Shown here piece by piece: positions 13,897-27,100 of a stretch of DNA of 64,000 nt (within the stretch, counting starts at the first letter, position 1; each line of letters starts with the position of its first letter). This DNA comes from Takakia lepidozioides (Eukaryota; Plantae; Bryophyta): contig CM060734.1 of the NCBI GenBank assembly GCA_030704615.1, positions 15,004,001-15,068,000 of the forward strand. Reading direction: 5' to 3'. The notes beneath the pieces were generated by a model. That model saw only the letters and a list, made by a program, of their open reading frames with translations. It was not told the origin of the DNA and did no database searches. The position numbers were made by a program, and so were the translations under genes.

Positions 13897-14794
13897 GGTC
13901 TCTGAAGGGGTTCAATTCTTTGCCAATGACTCCACTTTGTTCAATGTAATGAATACATCCATTTATCTTTTGGGTGAATTTTTTTTCGGTTGAATTGTTT
14001 TGGGGTTGTTGGTTTTTCCATGAATTGTCATGTGGCAACACGTACGTGGAATTAAGATGTCGTTGACGACACCTTAATCCCCACCACCTGCACACACACC
14101 GCCTTACCGCCAAGGCTTCTTCGCCTTGAAAGTTTTTTGGTTGGACAACCAACATGTAGCCCAGTGATAATGGGCACATACCACGTTGGATGTGGTTGTG
14201 GGTTCAAACCACGGTCTGGTGTGTCATGAAGGTGTCCACCTTTCAGCTGGAAGGCAGTAGCCCTTGTGGTGAAGCGACACCATAAGTTACGCTCCCTCTA
14301 GGAGGCGTCATATTTTTTTTTGGGTTGAAATTTTTTTGATTAATTTTTTTGGGAGAATTTTTTCGGGGATTTTGGTTTTTCCGTGAGTTGTCATGTGCCA
14401 ACTCGTACTGGGAGTTAAGATGTCGTTGACGACACCTTAATCACGAGCACCTGCACACACACCATGGTTCATTCATGTCGCTCATTTTTCATCCAAAAGT
14501 CATCCAACATTCATCCATTCCTTTTTTCATTCATCTCAAAACCATTCATCCGGCAGTTTTTCATCGCACATTCGTACCATATGGTTGTCACCCAACAAGG
14601 ATTCTTCCGTCGGATGGGTTGAAGGTTGCGTCCGTGCAGTGTAGTTTTTGTCCACGGCAATAGGCCCTCTTCTTCCCTCGGTTGTAGGCTCTCATTCACT
14701 AGTCTGCTCACGCTTGCAATCTGCTCACGCTTAAGGGATTCTGCTCACGTTTACCAGTTAAAGCATGAGCGTGCTCACGTGAGCTGCTCATATG

Positions 14795-17000
14795 GTAGCT
14801 ATGGGAGTCGGCCGCCTCATTACCACGGATACCTGTGTGTGAGCGGACTTTAAGAAAGTGGATTGGTTGGTTTATGGAGATCATCAGGTTGACTATGGCC
14901 GTGATGAGGTTGCGGTCAGGGTGATGGAGGTGAGAGGAGGGATGGGAGAGGTGGTTGCGGAGTAGAAAGAGTGAGGTGGGACTATCCGTGAAGATATAGT
15001 GCGGGGGGGGGGGATGAGGATAGTCGAGACAGAGCTTCGAAGATAACCATCAGTTTGGCACGGAGTATGGTAGCGGGGCCAGGGAGTCTGGAGGCGGTAC
15101 CATTATTGGTAGCGGCATGGAATACTCCAAACCGACATTAGAGCCAGTGAGCGATCCATCGGTATAATGAGATTTGGGCGGGGGGGGGGGTTTAAGTGGT
15201 AACGTTTGTTGGTAGGTCGGGAGTGCAGGTGTTACAAAGGCGCGGTAGCGCCTTAACCCAGGCCTTGCTTGGGTTAAATCTAGGGAGTGGGCCAGGTATG
15301 GGGTGACAGAGGGTCATGGAGAGGGATGGGGCGACCGGATGGTTATAGATGATAGCACTCATCTTGTGTGTGTGGGTTAGTATATGGCTGAGTTGAGTAG
15401 GGAAGGTAAGTGGTATGGTGGAGGGGGAGGGATGTTGGACATGAAGGAGTAGGGTGAGAGTGGGCTCCTTAGGCCGTAGATACTTGGGGAAAGGCGGGGT
15501 ATGATTGTAAGGGATTTGGTCTGGTTCAACGGGTAGCTAGAAGTGCAACCTCTGGTGGGAATTGTAGGAGCGGGTAAGAATTATTAGGCAAGTTTTCTTA
15601 GGTAAGTATTAGAATTGTGTTGGCCGATGGAGAGGAGTGGGCAGCTGCGCGGGCCCATTGAAGAGCTTCGTGAGTAAGGGGCCCAGGAGGGGGGTGAGCA
15701 AGACCCCTTCCGGTCCATCGGTGCTGGATGGCACGTCCGGTGGCTCCAAAAATGCAGTCTCTGTGGTGTGGGCTGGCAAATGTTGTCAGTTTAAACGAAC
15801 ATGTGAGCGGGCTAGAGTAGTATGAGTGGGTGAGTTGGAAAGAGGTGATGAGTAGGGAAAGGATATCTTTCAAGATAGTAGCGTGGGCAAGGGATTGAGT
15901 TAGTTTGTGCGTGAAGCGAGGTTTCTTAGGTGGAGTGTCCTGGAGATAACATTCGATGAGCCAGCAAATTTCGGTAGCTGTCAGTGGGAATGAGCCCCAA
16001 GAATCGGCCGTTGAGGAAGTAGATAGAAGACATGTGGGGACCAGTGCATATTGTGGGAGAAGTGCACATGATGTCTTTATCGGGGTTGGCATTCAGTAAT
16101 GCATATGTGGATGTTAGGGGCGGTCATCGGTTTGTGTATGTGGCGGGCATCTATGGGTTGGACTTGTAAAACATGTTGTTGGTGGACGTGTGTGAGATAG
16201 TCAGTGTTGGTACGGTTGTGGAATGCGATAAGGAGTGAGAGGTTATGGGCGGGGTCACAGTCATCATGAGATCCAAAGAGGTCATCCTCAATCTGCCATG
16301 AGTTATCGATTTCCCCATATCCTGCCCATTTACAGTAGAAGTAGGTATCGACACAAGTGGCACCAAAAGAGTCTATGGATGTTTGGGTTTTTGAACCAAT
16401 GATGGCCTCGATGACATAGGCATCTGGGTTCTCAGGGTTGGTAAGGTTGGTTAGGGGTGGGCTTGTGGCACTGGAGGGTGAGAGGGGAGGAGTATCAATG
16501 TCGAGGGAGGTTAGATCATGGGATATGGGCATGTCAGTGTCATGGGCATGTTGGGCATTGGAGGTTCGAAGTTTATGGAGTATAGAGACAGTTGGGGCTG
16601 TCCGATAGCCAGGTAGTAGATCTTGCTGACTATGGGGGAATAGTGCACAGGGGAAGTCGCATTCAAGGGTACATGAGGCGGATTGATGGCAAAATAAGGT
16701 ACGGAGATGGTACAGGAAACGACAGGTTTTGATTGTGGTGCAGGAGTATTTAAGGGTGAATTCATGTGGGGTTATGAGCCAATTGCCGGTGGCAGTGGTG
16801 AGTTGGGTGAGCGCAATGACATGTCGTTCCTTAAAGTAGGTGATGAGGGATTTTTTGAAGCAAGGGTGGGAGCCTTCTAGTTGGGGTAGGAAGGGGCTTG
16901 TGTTGCATGCTTGTTCTAGTGGTGATATCGTGTTGAGGATATCCAGGAAGGTCAGTTTGTACACTGATTCGCATTTGTCTCAATATGAATATTGTACGTG
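14795..17000 (-). mobile_element. Degenerate non-LTR-like retroelement fragment: chromodomain - PCIF1-like MTase - RNase H
   Basis: Chromodomain YVIEAIIG..YFYCKWAGYGEIDNSW (~16420-16280). PCIF1-like YSSPLTC..D.IFGATG..GLAHPPP (~15870-15600). RNase H YTDGS (~15165), TILRAKLMVI, YIFTDS and KVRSHTGIRGNEAAD (~14855-14805). No RT is visible. Confidence 0.7.
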
Positions 17001-17249
17001 CGGTGGGGGAGTGTAAGCAAGATTGTGGGTGGAGGGATAGTAGGGAATGTAGCCCGTTATTTTTTAGGGCTAGGTGTTTGAGGAGGCCTCGGTAGATAAG
17101 TCCAAGTCGGTTTGGGTCGTTAAGGGCTTCTTGAAGTTGGGTGTAGATGCATAAATGGGTACAATTTTATTTTTGGATCGTTTTTTATCCTTAGTCAGGC
17201 AGTTTCGGCATTGTGCTGCCAAAATATCACAAGTTGTTAGTTATTTGGG

Positions 17250-18600
17250 AACCGCTGTGAAGCACTTAGGAATTAGATTAAGTCTGAGACGAGCATCGAG
17301 TGACACTTTGGCATCAAAACGACAGTAGGAAAGCTGTAAGGACAGCATAGTAGGCTACCAACACGATACAACTAGCAGCAACTTGGAATTGTTGAACTGT
17401 ACAAGGACGACTGTAAGGACGGGTTGCGATCTGTCTATTCTCCCCCTTCACTTATCCTGTAGGTCCACACGGTGACAACACTTGGCAAATTATAATTAGG
17501 GCATTGTATAACGATGAAATATCGCAACAACAGCAGGACGGTGCATCGGAACAACGGCGGAACGGACGACTTCAGAGCGGAGCGTGGCTAGCAACAGTGC
17601 AAATGGGTAGTTGGAGGTGACTTCTGAGGGTTCAAGATCAAGTGGCAGGATCCAAGACTCTAGGGGCATCACCATTAGGAGAATTTCCAGGGAAGCAGCA
17701 GACTTCCTACGCGGCGGATCCACGGAGAACGGCGTTTGGAATTGGTTTTTTAACTCCGATTGACCTGAGGAATTACAAGCAATTACGGAGCATCTAATCA
17801 TAATTTATCACCAAGTTTTGTGATTTATGGTTAAGGTTATCAAGGCTACGACACTTGCAGCGACCGATTTAAATGATTTTTTATGGATTTCATTGGAGGA
17901 AAAGGCTCAAATCCGCCTTAAAAGGTTGAGCGGATGATAACCGCCACTTAGCGGTCAAACAAGATGAGGAAAATCCATTTGACCGGTTTCCCGGATGAGT
18001 TCCATCCAAATATTTGTTTATTGAACTTTAGTAGTTTTTTATTATATCTCCCTCTAGTTTATATTAGTTTAAGACTATCCTACAATATTTTAAGCGCCCC
18101 AAAAATAGTATAAAAGAAGGGCAAGGCTTCCTTGTTTCTTCACCTAGTTCATTTCTTTGTTTTGCTCTTGCTTTGTTGTAGTTTAGTTTGCTAGAAGGAG
18201 CCTAGGTCCTAGGGAGTGGAGCTTGAAGCTCCCTAGTTAGGAAGGAGTGTTGATTTTGAGAGCTAAGGCGAGGAAGCTAGCTCATTGTGGGGCCTTGAGG
18301 CCATTTGCTTTGATAAAGAAGGAGTTCGTGATCACTAGAGAGTAGATTGGAGAGACTTGGGACGAGTAGAGAGCTATGGGTGGACAATGTTGACAAGCAC
18401 CTAGAGAAATGGCCTCACAAGAGCCACACCATCGAACCATTAGAGCATCCCAAGCTCACATTGCTCCTAAGGTTGATAAACCACTTACCTTACTTTGCTT
18501 TGATGTTTGCTTTGCTATTCCATTTGAGTTTGCAAGACAGGCCCATGAGAGGCTATCTCTTATATGTGAAAAACTAACCCTCTAAGGAAAGAGGAGAGCT
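17250..18600 (+). mobile_element. Possible LTR-retrotransposon remnants (LTR end and PBS-like sequence, LTR-like segment)
   Basis: ..GAGTGACA followed by TGGCATCA (~17300-17318), and a TATAAAAG-containing LTR-like stretch near 18110. No paired LTR was found. Confidence 0.3.
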
Positions 18601-18727
18601 TAGTTGAGAGAGAAAGGTTCATTTGTTAAAAGAGCAAAGACTCCATTGTGGGTTGAAGTCATATGACGTGGTACATGTGAGACCTCAACGGAAGAGAAGG
18701 TGCTGGGACCACAAGATCAAATATAAT

Positions 18728-20292
18728 CTAGACATCCATTGCATCGCTGCAGTGATAGATGAATGTAAAAAAGGACGGGAGACCTCCCGTGGTCACACTC
18801 ACCTTCCACTGCTGTGTCTCGACGCGTCGATACTCATCATACTTCTGGGGCCGCTCCTTGTAATGGTAATATCTTCTGCAGTGACGGACCTTCTCATAGA
18901 AAGACGGTTCGTAAAGATTCTCCTTGTTGGGCTTGTTCAGAACCTTCGAGATAGTCACTAGTCGCAGCTCATCCGTCGAGTACACTATCTTAGCAGGCCA
19001 TGTACGTAGAGATATTATCAGTACATCATTACTCAGTGTCGGATCCTCCAGAAGCTCTTGCAATCATCACACTTCAGTTGATTAGTATTAGAAGAAAAAA
19101 CAATGGACAATGGACAGTGGACAAATACGTAGTCAAATAGTAAGTAGAATTTCGCTAAGGTGAGTTAGCACGGGAGACCTCCCCTTACCTAGGCTGCCAT
19201 CAATGTGTGTTGGCCTCCGATAATAGAAAATGTTGCCTAATACGTTGGTCCTGATTTTTCTTGACCTCAAGCCATTGAAGATGTCCGAGCACTCATTTTC
19301 CGTCCAAGGCTCGATCTTGTCTGGTAGCTCATTCAATGTGCTGACCATGATGAGCGAAACAACTTCAAAAGTTTTTGTGGCGAACATTGCCAGCGTCCCA
19401 ATATCCTGAGCCTTGTTCCCAATCTCGCACACATTGTAAACTTTATCCAGCGAACTTCCGGTCGACTCTGCAAGCGTTTTCACTGCTTTAATTAGATTCA
19501 CAAATTGAATGGGTTGCTTCTGCTTTCCCGTCGTTGCCTTCAGTTTCGCATCAAGGTATGTGACCCCGAGAACATTCTTAAAGTTCACAAACTGGGCCTT
19601 GTTGATTTCGTACTTATGCTTGATGGTCTACCACTCAGCCTTTGTGTATGCAATTCGCGCTCATTGACGGGCTTCCTGCTCCACACCTTCATGGGTTAGG
19701 TTGTACGCAACTAGCCGTGATTTTATCTCCAACTTGTGCTTATCACAGAGTGGTCGATATACCATATGCTATGGGGCCAGAAAACAACGGTTGATGTCCA
19801 CTTCCAGGACAAAGTCAAATCCAAATGGGAATATATCCTGGTATTCCTTAATGGGAGTCTTCTCACATCCATGTCAAAAATCTCGTCAGTCTTCAGACAC
19901 CTCTTTCCTTGGCTATTCACGATATCGATGGTTTTCCGTCGTTTTCTTCCCCCCTCTTCTTCATCATCATCTCCATTTCCTTCTTTTGGCTTTCTTGCTT
20001 TTTTAGGTTTCTTTTTCGTATCCTCCAACTGCTTTTGCTCCGATTGGAGTCGCTGTTCCTCCAATTGCTGTCTCTCCTTGGCATTATTGTAGAGAATTCT
20101 GTCAAGGTATTTCCAGCTCTCGAGGATTTTCATCTCCAAGTCGTCTTCGACCACAGGGACCGTGAATCCCAGCCGAATCGCGAATTCCATCACATTACTA
20201 CTTAGATTCATGGCATCAATGGAGAACCCTAATACCTTCTCCCCTTTCCGCCCATTCTCGCGGATGAACACAACAAGGGTAATTCTGTTATC
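18728..20292 (-). pseudogene. 3' part of an unknown, probably TE-borne, gene interrupted by the gypsy insertion
   Basis: ORF 19723-20298 joins in frame with ORF 37706-38050 once the element and one TSD copy are removed (..DDSVRD|NRITLVVF..). Confidence 0.6.
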
Positions 20293-20619
20293 TGTCAAGT
20301 TATTTTACCACTAGTGTGAAACTAGCTAGGAAATAGCTAGCTTTTACATATTGACATTTGGGATTGGCCCAAGTGTCGATCCAGGGGTCAAGGCAGATTT
20401 AGGCCCTGGAGTGGTTATCTTCACAGCAAGTGCGGGAGGCTCATCTTTCTCGAGTTGAGCCTCACCGCGCCTAGCTATGGCGCCGTAGTGTGGATTCCCC
20501 ATGGCGTGGGGTGCACTTGGCTTGACTTGTATTTGAGTGATGAGTTTATATATGCATGAGTTTATGCTTCAGCTTTGTGAGCTCGCATGAGCTTGTGCTT
20601 GTATTCTTCTTCTTTATCA
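20293..20619 (+). repeat. Repeat A1 (327 bp) of the outer element
   Basis: Matches 37267-37593 with about 8 transitions (counted by eye). Confidence 0.95.
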
Positions 20620-22049
20620 CTCGAGAAATATTAGCTCGTATCTGTGAGTGCCAGATACGAGTTAGTTGTAGCACTTGTGGTTTTTGCTTGAGAATGAGAG
20701 AAACCAGGTTGTTATGCAAGGAGCACCGTGGAGCTCTTGGTTGTTAAGCGGAGGCGATGTGGGTTACGAGGTGGTAGACCTTGGCATTCGATCTTTAGCT
20801 TCAGAGATGAAATTACCATTCTGCAGGTAATTCCAGAGCACCTTGATGGTTTCAGATTGTGTACATGCATGAGCAAGCACGATTGGGAAGAGGACCAGTC
20901 AAGAGCAGGTTATAGTGGCTTTGGTGGCAAAGCTGAGAACTGGACTTAGGAATGCGAGCTTTCATTGTGTGAAGGATTGCAAGACCAAGCGAAAGGGCTG
21001 ATTTGGCTTGGGGCAAATCAGCGCACTTTGTGGAGTATGTTGAGAGTGGGTTTCCATCTCGAGCTTCAGCATTGAGAAGGCTCTTGTCATGGCAAGAGCA
21101 GGGCTGGAACATGAGCTAAGAGGTGCGGCAAGGCCATGGAATGTGCACCTAGGGTTTCAGAGCTTGGAAGAAGAGCTCTTGCACCACAAGAGGAGTGTCT
21201 TTGTGGCTGGAAATGTAAGCCTTAGGGTTTCAGGAGCTTGGCAAAGGCTGTGGAGTGCTTAGTCTTGTCTTAGAGAGCATCAAGGAGCCAATGAGCCAAG
21301 ATAGGGGGCTGATACCTCTTGTGTGAAGAGGTTGCATGTGTGGAGCATGTATTCAGCTCATTGAAGCTTCCATCTTCAAGCTTGGAGGGCAAGCAAGGAA
21401 GAGGGAAGGGCTGACTTCCCTTATGTGAGAGCAATGCATGTGTGGAGCATGCTTTCAGCCTGTTGAAGGCTTGTACTTTCAAGTTTGGGAGTGCAAGAAA
21501 GAAAGCAAAGGGGCTGATTCTCTGGTGGTGAGAGTGGGGCATGTGTGGAGCATGCCTTCAGTCCATTGGGCTTTTGTTTTCAAGCTTTAGAGAACTAGAA
21601 GAGAAGGTAAGGGGCTAATCTGCTCTTATGTGATAGTCCGACACTTGTAGAGCGTGTTTTGAGTTGGGGTTTCAACCTCAAGCCTAGATAGAGCATGGCT
21701 CTTGAAGTGGCAGGTGTAGGGGGCTGGAATGGGCTCTAAGACAGATGCTATGGCCAAAGGAAACGCTTGAATGAGTGCTCACAAAGGCTGGAAACCAGCA
21801 AGGATTGGTTGTTTGCCATTGAGTTTAGTGGTGTGTTTGGGGAGTCGAAGTGAGAAAGAAGGCTTGGTTTGTGGCAACCATCTTTCTCATGGCTTAGGGC
21901 TACTATTGGTGGTGTGTGGGAGCCGAAAGAGCAAGAATACCTTGCTGATTTCTTCACAGCCGCCATAGCTCGGTGCAAAGAAGCCTAGAGTCCCAGAGAC
22001 ACAAACCCTAGCTTGGCGTGGCTAAACCCCTTGGAGAAATGGCTAAACT

Positions 22050-22760
22050 GTCATGAGTGGCCTGTGGGGCTGTGACGGGCTGTGACAGGCTGTGCCTTGT
22101 GGCCTGTGGGGCTGTGACGGGCTGTGACAGGCTGTGCCCTGTGGCCTGTGGGGCTATGACGGGTTGTGACACGCTGTGATGGGCTGTGAGGGGCTGTGAC
22201 ACGCTGTGCCATGTGGCCTGTGGGGCTGTGACGGGCTATGAGGGGCTGTGACAGGCTGTGAGGGGCTGTGAGGGGCTGTGACAGGCTGTGCCCAGTGGCC
22301 TGTGGGGCTGTGACGGGTTGTGAGGGGCTGTGATAGGTTGTGCCCTATGGCCTATGGGGCTGTGACGGGCTATGAGGGGCTGTGATAGGCTGTGGCGAGC
22401 TGTGACAGGCTGTGCCCAGTGGCCTGTGGGGCTGTGAGGGGCTGTGAGGGGCTGTGCCCTGTGGCCTGTGGGGCTGTGACGGGCTGTGACAGGCTGTGGC
22501 GAGCTGTGAGGGGCTGTGAGGGGCTGTGACAGGCTGTTGCGGGCTGTGATAGGCTATGCACTGTGGCCTGTGGGGCTGTGACGGGCTGTTAGGGGCTGTG
22601 GCCTTTGGGGCTGTGACCCCTGTGACCTGTGTAGGGCTGTGACAAGCTGTGCTATGTGGCCTGTGGGGCTGTGGCCTTTGGGGCTGTGACCCTGTGACCT
22701 GTGTAGGGCTGTGACAGGCTGTGGCCTGTGTGGGGCTGTGGTGGATGTGACAAGTGAGCT
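22050..22760. repeat. Minisatellite (~10-bp GGGCTGTGA[C/G] units) in the long 5' leader of the outer element
   Basis: Tandem GGGGCTGTGA/CAGGCTGTG/GTGGCCTGTG units are directly visible. Confidence 0.95.
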
Positions 22761-23568
22761 GTGTGGGCCTGTGCTGGTCTGTGGACGGTGCTGACTCATG
22801 GAGGCACTGGTGGACTGCCTAAGGACTGGCATGTGGTCTTGAAGGCCGAATTTTGAAGCTCGTGGAGGGCGGTTTGAGGAGTATCTTCATGATATTCCCA
22901 TGGTCATGCAAGTGAGGGAAGAGTGTTGGGATGAGGGCATGCTGGGGTTAGGCATTGCTTTAGCTTCTCTTCCTTGTAGTTTCCACCTTCTCATTAGGCC
23001 AAGACCTTTCCGTAGGTGGAGGCAAGAGTCAGTCCAGGTTTGGGCTGGGGTGTCATTGCATGAGCAACGCCGTGGAGTTGTTTTTGGTGTGGGGGAGTTG
23101 TCGTTCTGATTTCTTGTGTTTGGATCCCCTCCATACCTGCATGCTTCACTGTGCGCCATGCTAGTTTTGTGTGGACGCTTGTTTTTATAGGTGATTGGTC
23201 CGGATTTGATCACCGGCCAGTCCTAGAGCATGCTGTCAATGGTGAGGCTGGGGTGATGACCAGCCAGACCATCATTGTTTCTCCTGTGGTGAGGTTGGAG
23301 GTGATGACCAGCCAACCATAGGAGTGCTTGCGGTGGATGCAGGTACAGGTGTAGGCTATGTTAGGAACTTAGTATTCCAAACCATAAGCCGCAACAGGTT
23401 CTCTACTCGGTTACCTTGTGGGGAGGGGGTTAGGGACATTCTGTTCATGACCGGTTGAGTGTCAACACGGAGGTGCCACTAGTTGCTAGGGATAGTGCCG
23501 GTTCGAGCACTAGCGATACTAGTGGGTACACGAGATGAGGTGTGCGGTTTAGGCCACCTTCACCTCCT

Positions 23569-24135
23569 ATGTCTTCTACGGAAGGTTCTGATTCGGATTG
23601 TGAATCAGGAGAACTCATACCGGCGGTGCAAGTTGTTTCCTTGCCATTGTTGTGGGACACAATGGAAGAGATGTATGGAGCTACCAAGGGGCCACGAAGG
23701 TACTTTGGGGCGGTGGGCACCATCGAGTTGGATGATTTTATCCAAGAGTTTGATAGTTGGTGTGATTTGCAGCAAATGCGCAATCCACAACTATTTACGC
23801 CTTTCATGGCATGGAAGGGGCTGTTTTAGCACCTTGAGGGGCCGCCTATGGATGATTACCATGAGTTCAGGCGGGGTCATGAGGTTGAGATCGAGGAGTG
23901 GAGGATGTACGGGTCACCCGACTATGTCTCCATCACTAGGGGCACTAGAGCCACGAGGGCAATGGCTACACCTGCCGCTGCACCGATAGCTTCAGCAAGT
24001 AGCAGTGGGACTAGTGGGACTGGTGGTACAGTAGCTACGACGTCCACCCAAGCCACTACCGCACCAGCACTAGTACCCGTGCCTGCCTTCAACCCTGTTG
24101 TAGAGTTCTTCAAAGAGTTGAGAGGGAACTACCAA
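23569..24135 (+). pseudogene. gag of the outer element, 5' part
   Basis: LDDFIQEFDSWCD..FFKELRGNYQ with a TAG at 23827; continues in frame at 31113 (GVRTEKLRSL) after removing the nested element. Confidence 0.8.
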
Positions 24136-27100
24136 TGTCGCGGCCCTTTGCCTTGAGGGCAGGGGGTCGGGACACATGAGGGGCTGCCCCTGTGGTGGGG
24201 GCAGCGGCAGCGATAGGTATGGGGGGCTGAAGCACCCTTGAGTGCCCAAGGCACTCAAGGAGGCGGAGGCGCTCACTAGGTGGAGCCCCGCACACCGGGT
24301 TGCGGTGGAGGTGGCTCCACAAGGGGTGGTGGTAGCTTAGTGGGACTTAGTGGGGGTGGCATAGGACTCACCATGGGGTGGAGACCTCGAGGTGGGAGTC
24401 GTGGGGAGTCTTGGGACTCATCACGGTCCATTGGGGCCGCGGTGAGTGGGCCAAGACTCACCGCGACTCACCACCGGGAGTCGAGGGTTTTCGTGGTGGT
24501 TCGCCATAAAATGGCATGGCTGGTTATGAAACCCCCGCGGACAGCTACAGAAGTATATATAGGGAGTAGTAACCCCGAGAACGGTGCAAGCCCGTTGGTG
24601 ACCAAAAACTAGTGAGTAAGCGAGCGAGCCGGAAAGCGACCAAAGAGTGGGGAGCTGTTCCGGACTGCCATCTACCAAAGGGAATTCTCCTAGTCCCAAA
24701 TAGGTGGAGGGTTTAGAGGGAAGCGGAAGGGGACCGTTATGTCCCGGTGAGCAGCCGAAACTCCAAGTTGGCCCGGCGGCCAGGTTGGGAGTCAGGCGCG
24801 CGCATCAAAGCGAGTAACTATGACTTGAAGGGGAGTTTACCGAAGTGAGGTGTGCGACACTTGGTATCAGAGCTTAGAGTTCAGTACGCGATCGTCCTTG
24901 GGATTGGCCTCATCATGGGGTCGGGCAAGCCGAAGCGAAAGCGGAACGGCCCAAAAGATGATGATCCCGGTGAGCCCGATGGGGGCGACGTGTCACCGAG
25001 GCGGCCGTTTGAGGAAGCGATTAATGTTTCCGAAAACGAGGCCGCTCAGGAGCGGGAGGAATCCGAGGAGTCGGAGCCCGAGGAATCTTTGAGAGCTCCG
25101 ACAAACCAAGAGATGCCTCCCATGCCGGCAGCCTTTTGGGAAGGGTTGTTGGCGCAGTTTGGCGGGACGTTGAAAGACGTGTTGAAGGCGGCTAATGCCA
25201 CTTCCACCAAGGCAAAGTTTAAGGTGAAGCCTAAGGAACCCGGCACCTTCGAGGGCGTTCGAAACCGGAAGGCACTCAACACCTGGCTCCTGGAGCTAGA
25301 GCAGTACTTCCGGGCGGCCAAGTTGAGTGACGAGGATCGGGTGGAAGTGGCTCCCACCTATTTGAGGGGCTATGCTCAACAATGGTGGCAGAAACGCCTT
25401 CACGACCGAGGCCCAAGCCCGGAAACCTTGAACTGGAGTGAGTTCAAGGAATTGATGAAGAGACAGTTTGTGCCCCTCAACGCATCCTGGCTTGCCCGGG
25501 ACAAGATGAGGAATTTGAAGCAAACAGATGACATTCGGGGGTATGTCCAGGCTTTCAATGTGCTGTTGCTCGAAGTCGCGGACATGGCAGAACCAGAAAT
25601 GGTCTTCAACTTTGTGGCGGGACTGGCCCCATGGGCTAGGCGGAAGTTGGAGGAGAAGCCACCCAAGACTTTGAACGAGGCAATTGAGAGAGCTGAATGT
25701 TTCTCGGATGTCCCTAGGGGTGAGAGACAAGGCCGTACGGAGCTGAACCACAAGAAGACCCGGCGGGAAGGTGACTCCTCCCGACCGGAAAAGAAGTGGG
25801 ATAGGCCACGCGGCGAAAATGGCACGTGGAAATCGAAGGGAGGTCCTTCACACGTCAAGGCGGCACCCGGTGCTTCGAAAGGAAAAGCGGGTGGAGCGAC
25901 TTATGGCGGACAGAAGGCGACCTTTGATGGAGTGTGTTTCAATTGCGGGGAGCCCGGGCACATGGCCAAGAAGTGCACGAAGCCCCGGCAATTGAACATG
26001 ACTCGGGCGACCACGGAGCTGTCGGAAGATACCATCAGTCGCTTGGTGGAAGCGGTGGTCGCCAGGACTTGCAAGGTAGGCAAATTTTCTTGTGAGTTGT
26101 ATCAGGAAACTGGCGCCTTACGAAAAGGGAGTCAGTTATTGTTCGTGGATGGGATAATATCCGGAACTAATGTGTCGTTGTTGGTGGACACAGGAGCGTC
26201 GCACTCCTTCATGACGCCGGCGGCGGCGCGAAAGTTGGGACTCCCGACAAGTGACGTGGGGGCCTCTATTGAGGTGCGCTCTGCCAAAGGAGAACCTCAG
26301 TTGGCGACAAGGTTGGCGTTTGATGTTCCTCTTCAACTGGGGAGTTGGGAGGGACGTGAGAACTTCACTATCTGCGAGATCGATGGAGTGGATCTCATTT
26401 TGGGAATGACCTTTTTGAGCAAATCCGGAGCGGTCATAGATGGCCGCAAGAGAGTAGTCACGCTGCCATGTGGGAATGGTGGCGAGGTTTTACGAGTGTC
26501 GGAAACGCCCAAATCCGTGGGAGGGCGAATAAACCTTCTATCAGCAAAGGAGTGGGCCGTGGAGGAGACACACGAGTCCCAGTTTTTGCTTTACATTAGA
26601 GAAGTGAAAGGAGAAGGCGATGGGGAGCCGAGCCCAGATTGGATCAAGGGGATTTTGGAGAAATACCAGGATGTGATGCCGGAGGATTTACCAAGCGGCT
26701 TGCCACCGCGAAGAGGAGTTGACCACAAAATTGAGGTGATACCGGGATCGGAACCGCCTGCCAAGGCGCCCTACCGGTTGAGCCACAAAGAGTTGGTCGA
26801 GCTGAAGACTCAGCTCAAAGATCTAATGTCAAAGGGGTACATCCGGCCGAGTAAGTCACCTTACGGAGCCCCGGTGCTATTTGCAGACAAGAAGGATGGG
26901 ACGCTGCGGATGTGTGTCGATTACAGGGCTCTGAATAAGGTGACTATCAAAAACCGGTACCCTTTGCCAAGGATCGACGACCTCTTCGATCGGTTGGCAG
27001 GAGCGAAGTATTTCAGCCGGATCGACTTGCGCTCCGGCTATCACCAAATTCGGGTGGCGGAAGGAGATGAGGAGAAGACCGCGTGCAGGACAAGGTATGG

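Larger units (their letters stand above)
12011..14460. repeat. Six copies of a hairpin repeat (GGGAATTAAGATGTCGTTGACGACACCTTAATCCCC-like) within longer repeated units
   Basis: Copies near 12019, 12184, 12278, 12444, 14047 and 14410. The core TTAAGATGTCGT-TG-ACGACACCTTAA is an imperfect palindrome. Confidence 0.85.

Noticed and set aside
12011-14460. CRISPR-like array of palindromic ~36-bp repeats
   Set aside because: Spacing is irregular, the intervening sequences are themselves repeated, there are no cas genes, and the context is eukaryotic.
24280-24699. Duplicated short ORFs (also at 30528-30947)
   Set aside because: Incidental ORFs in GC-rich LTRs.
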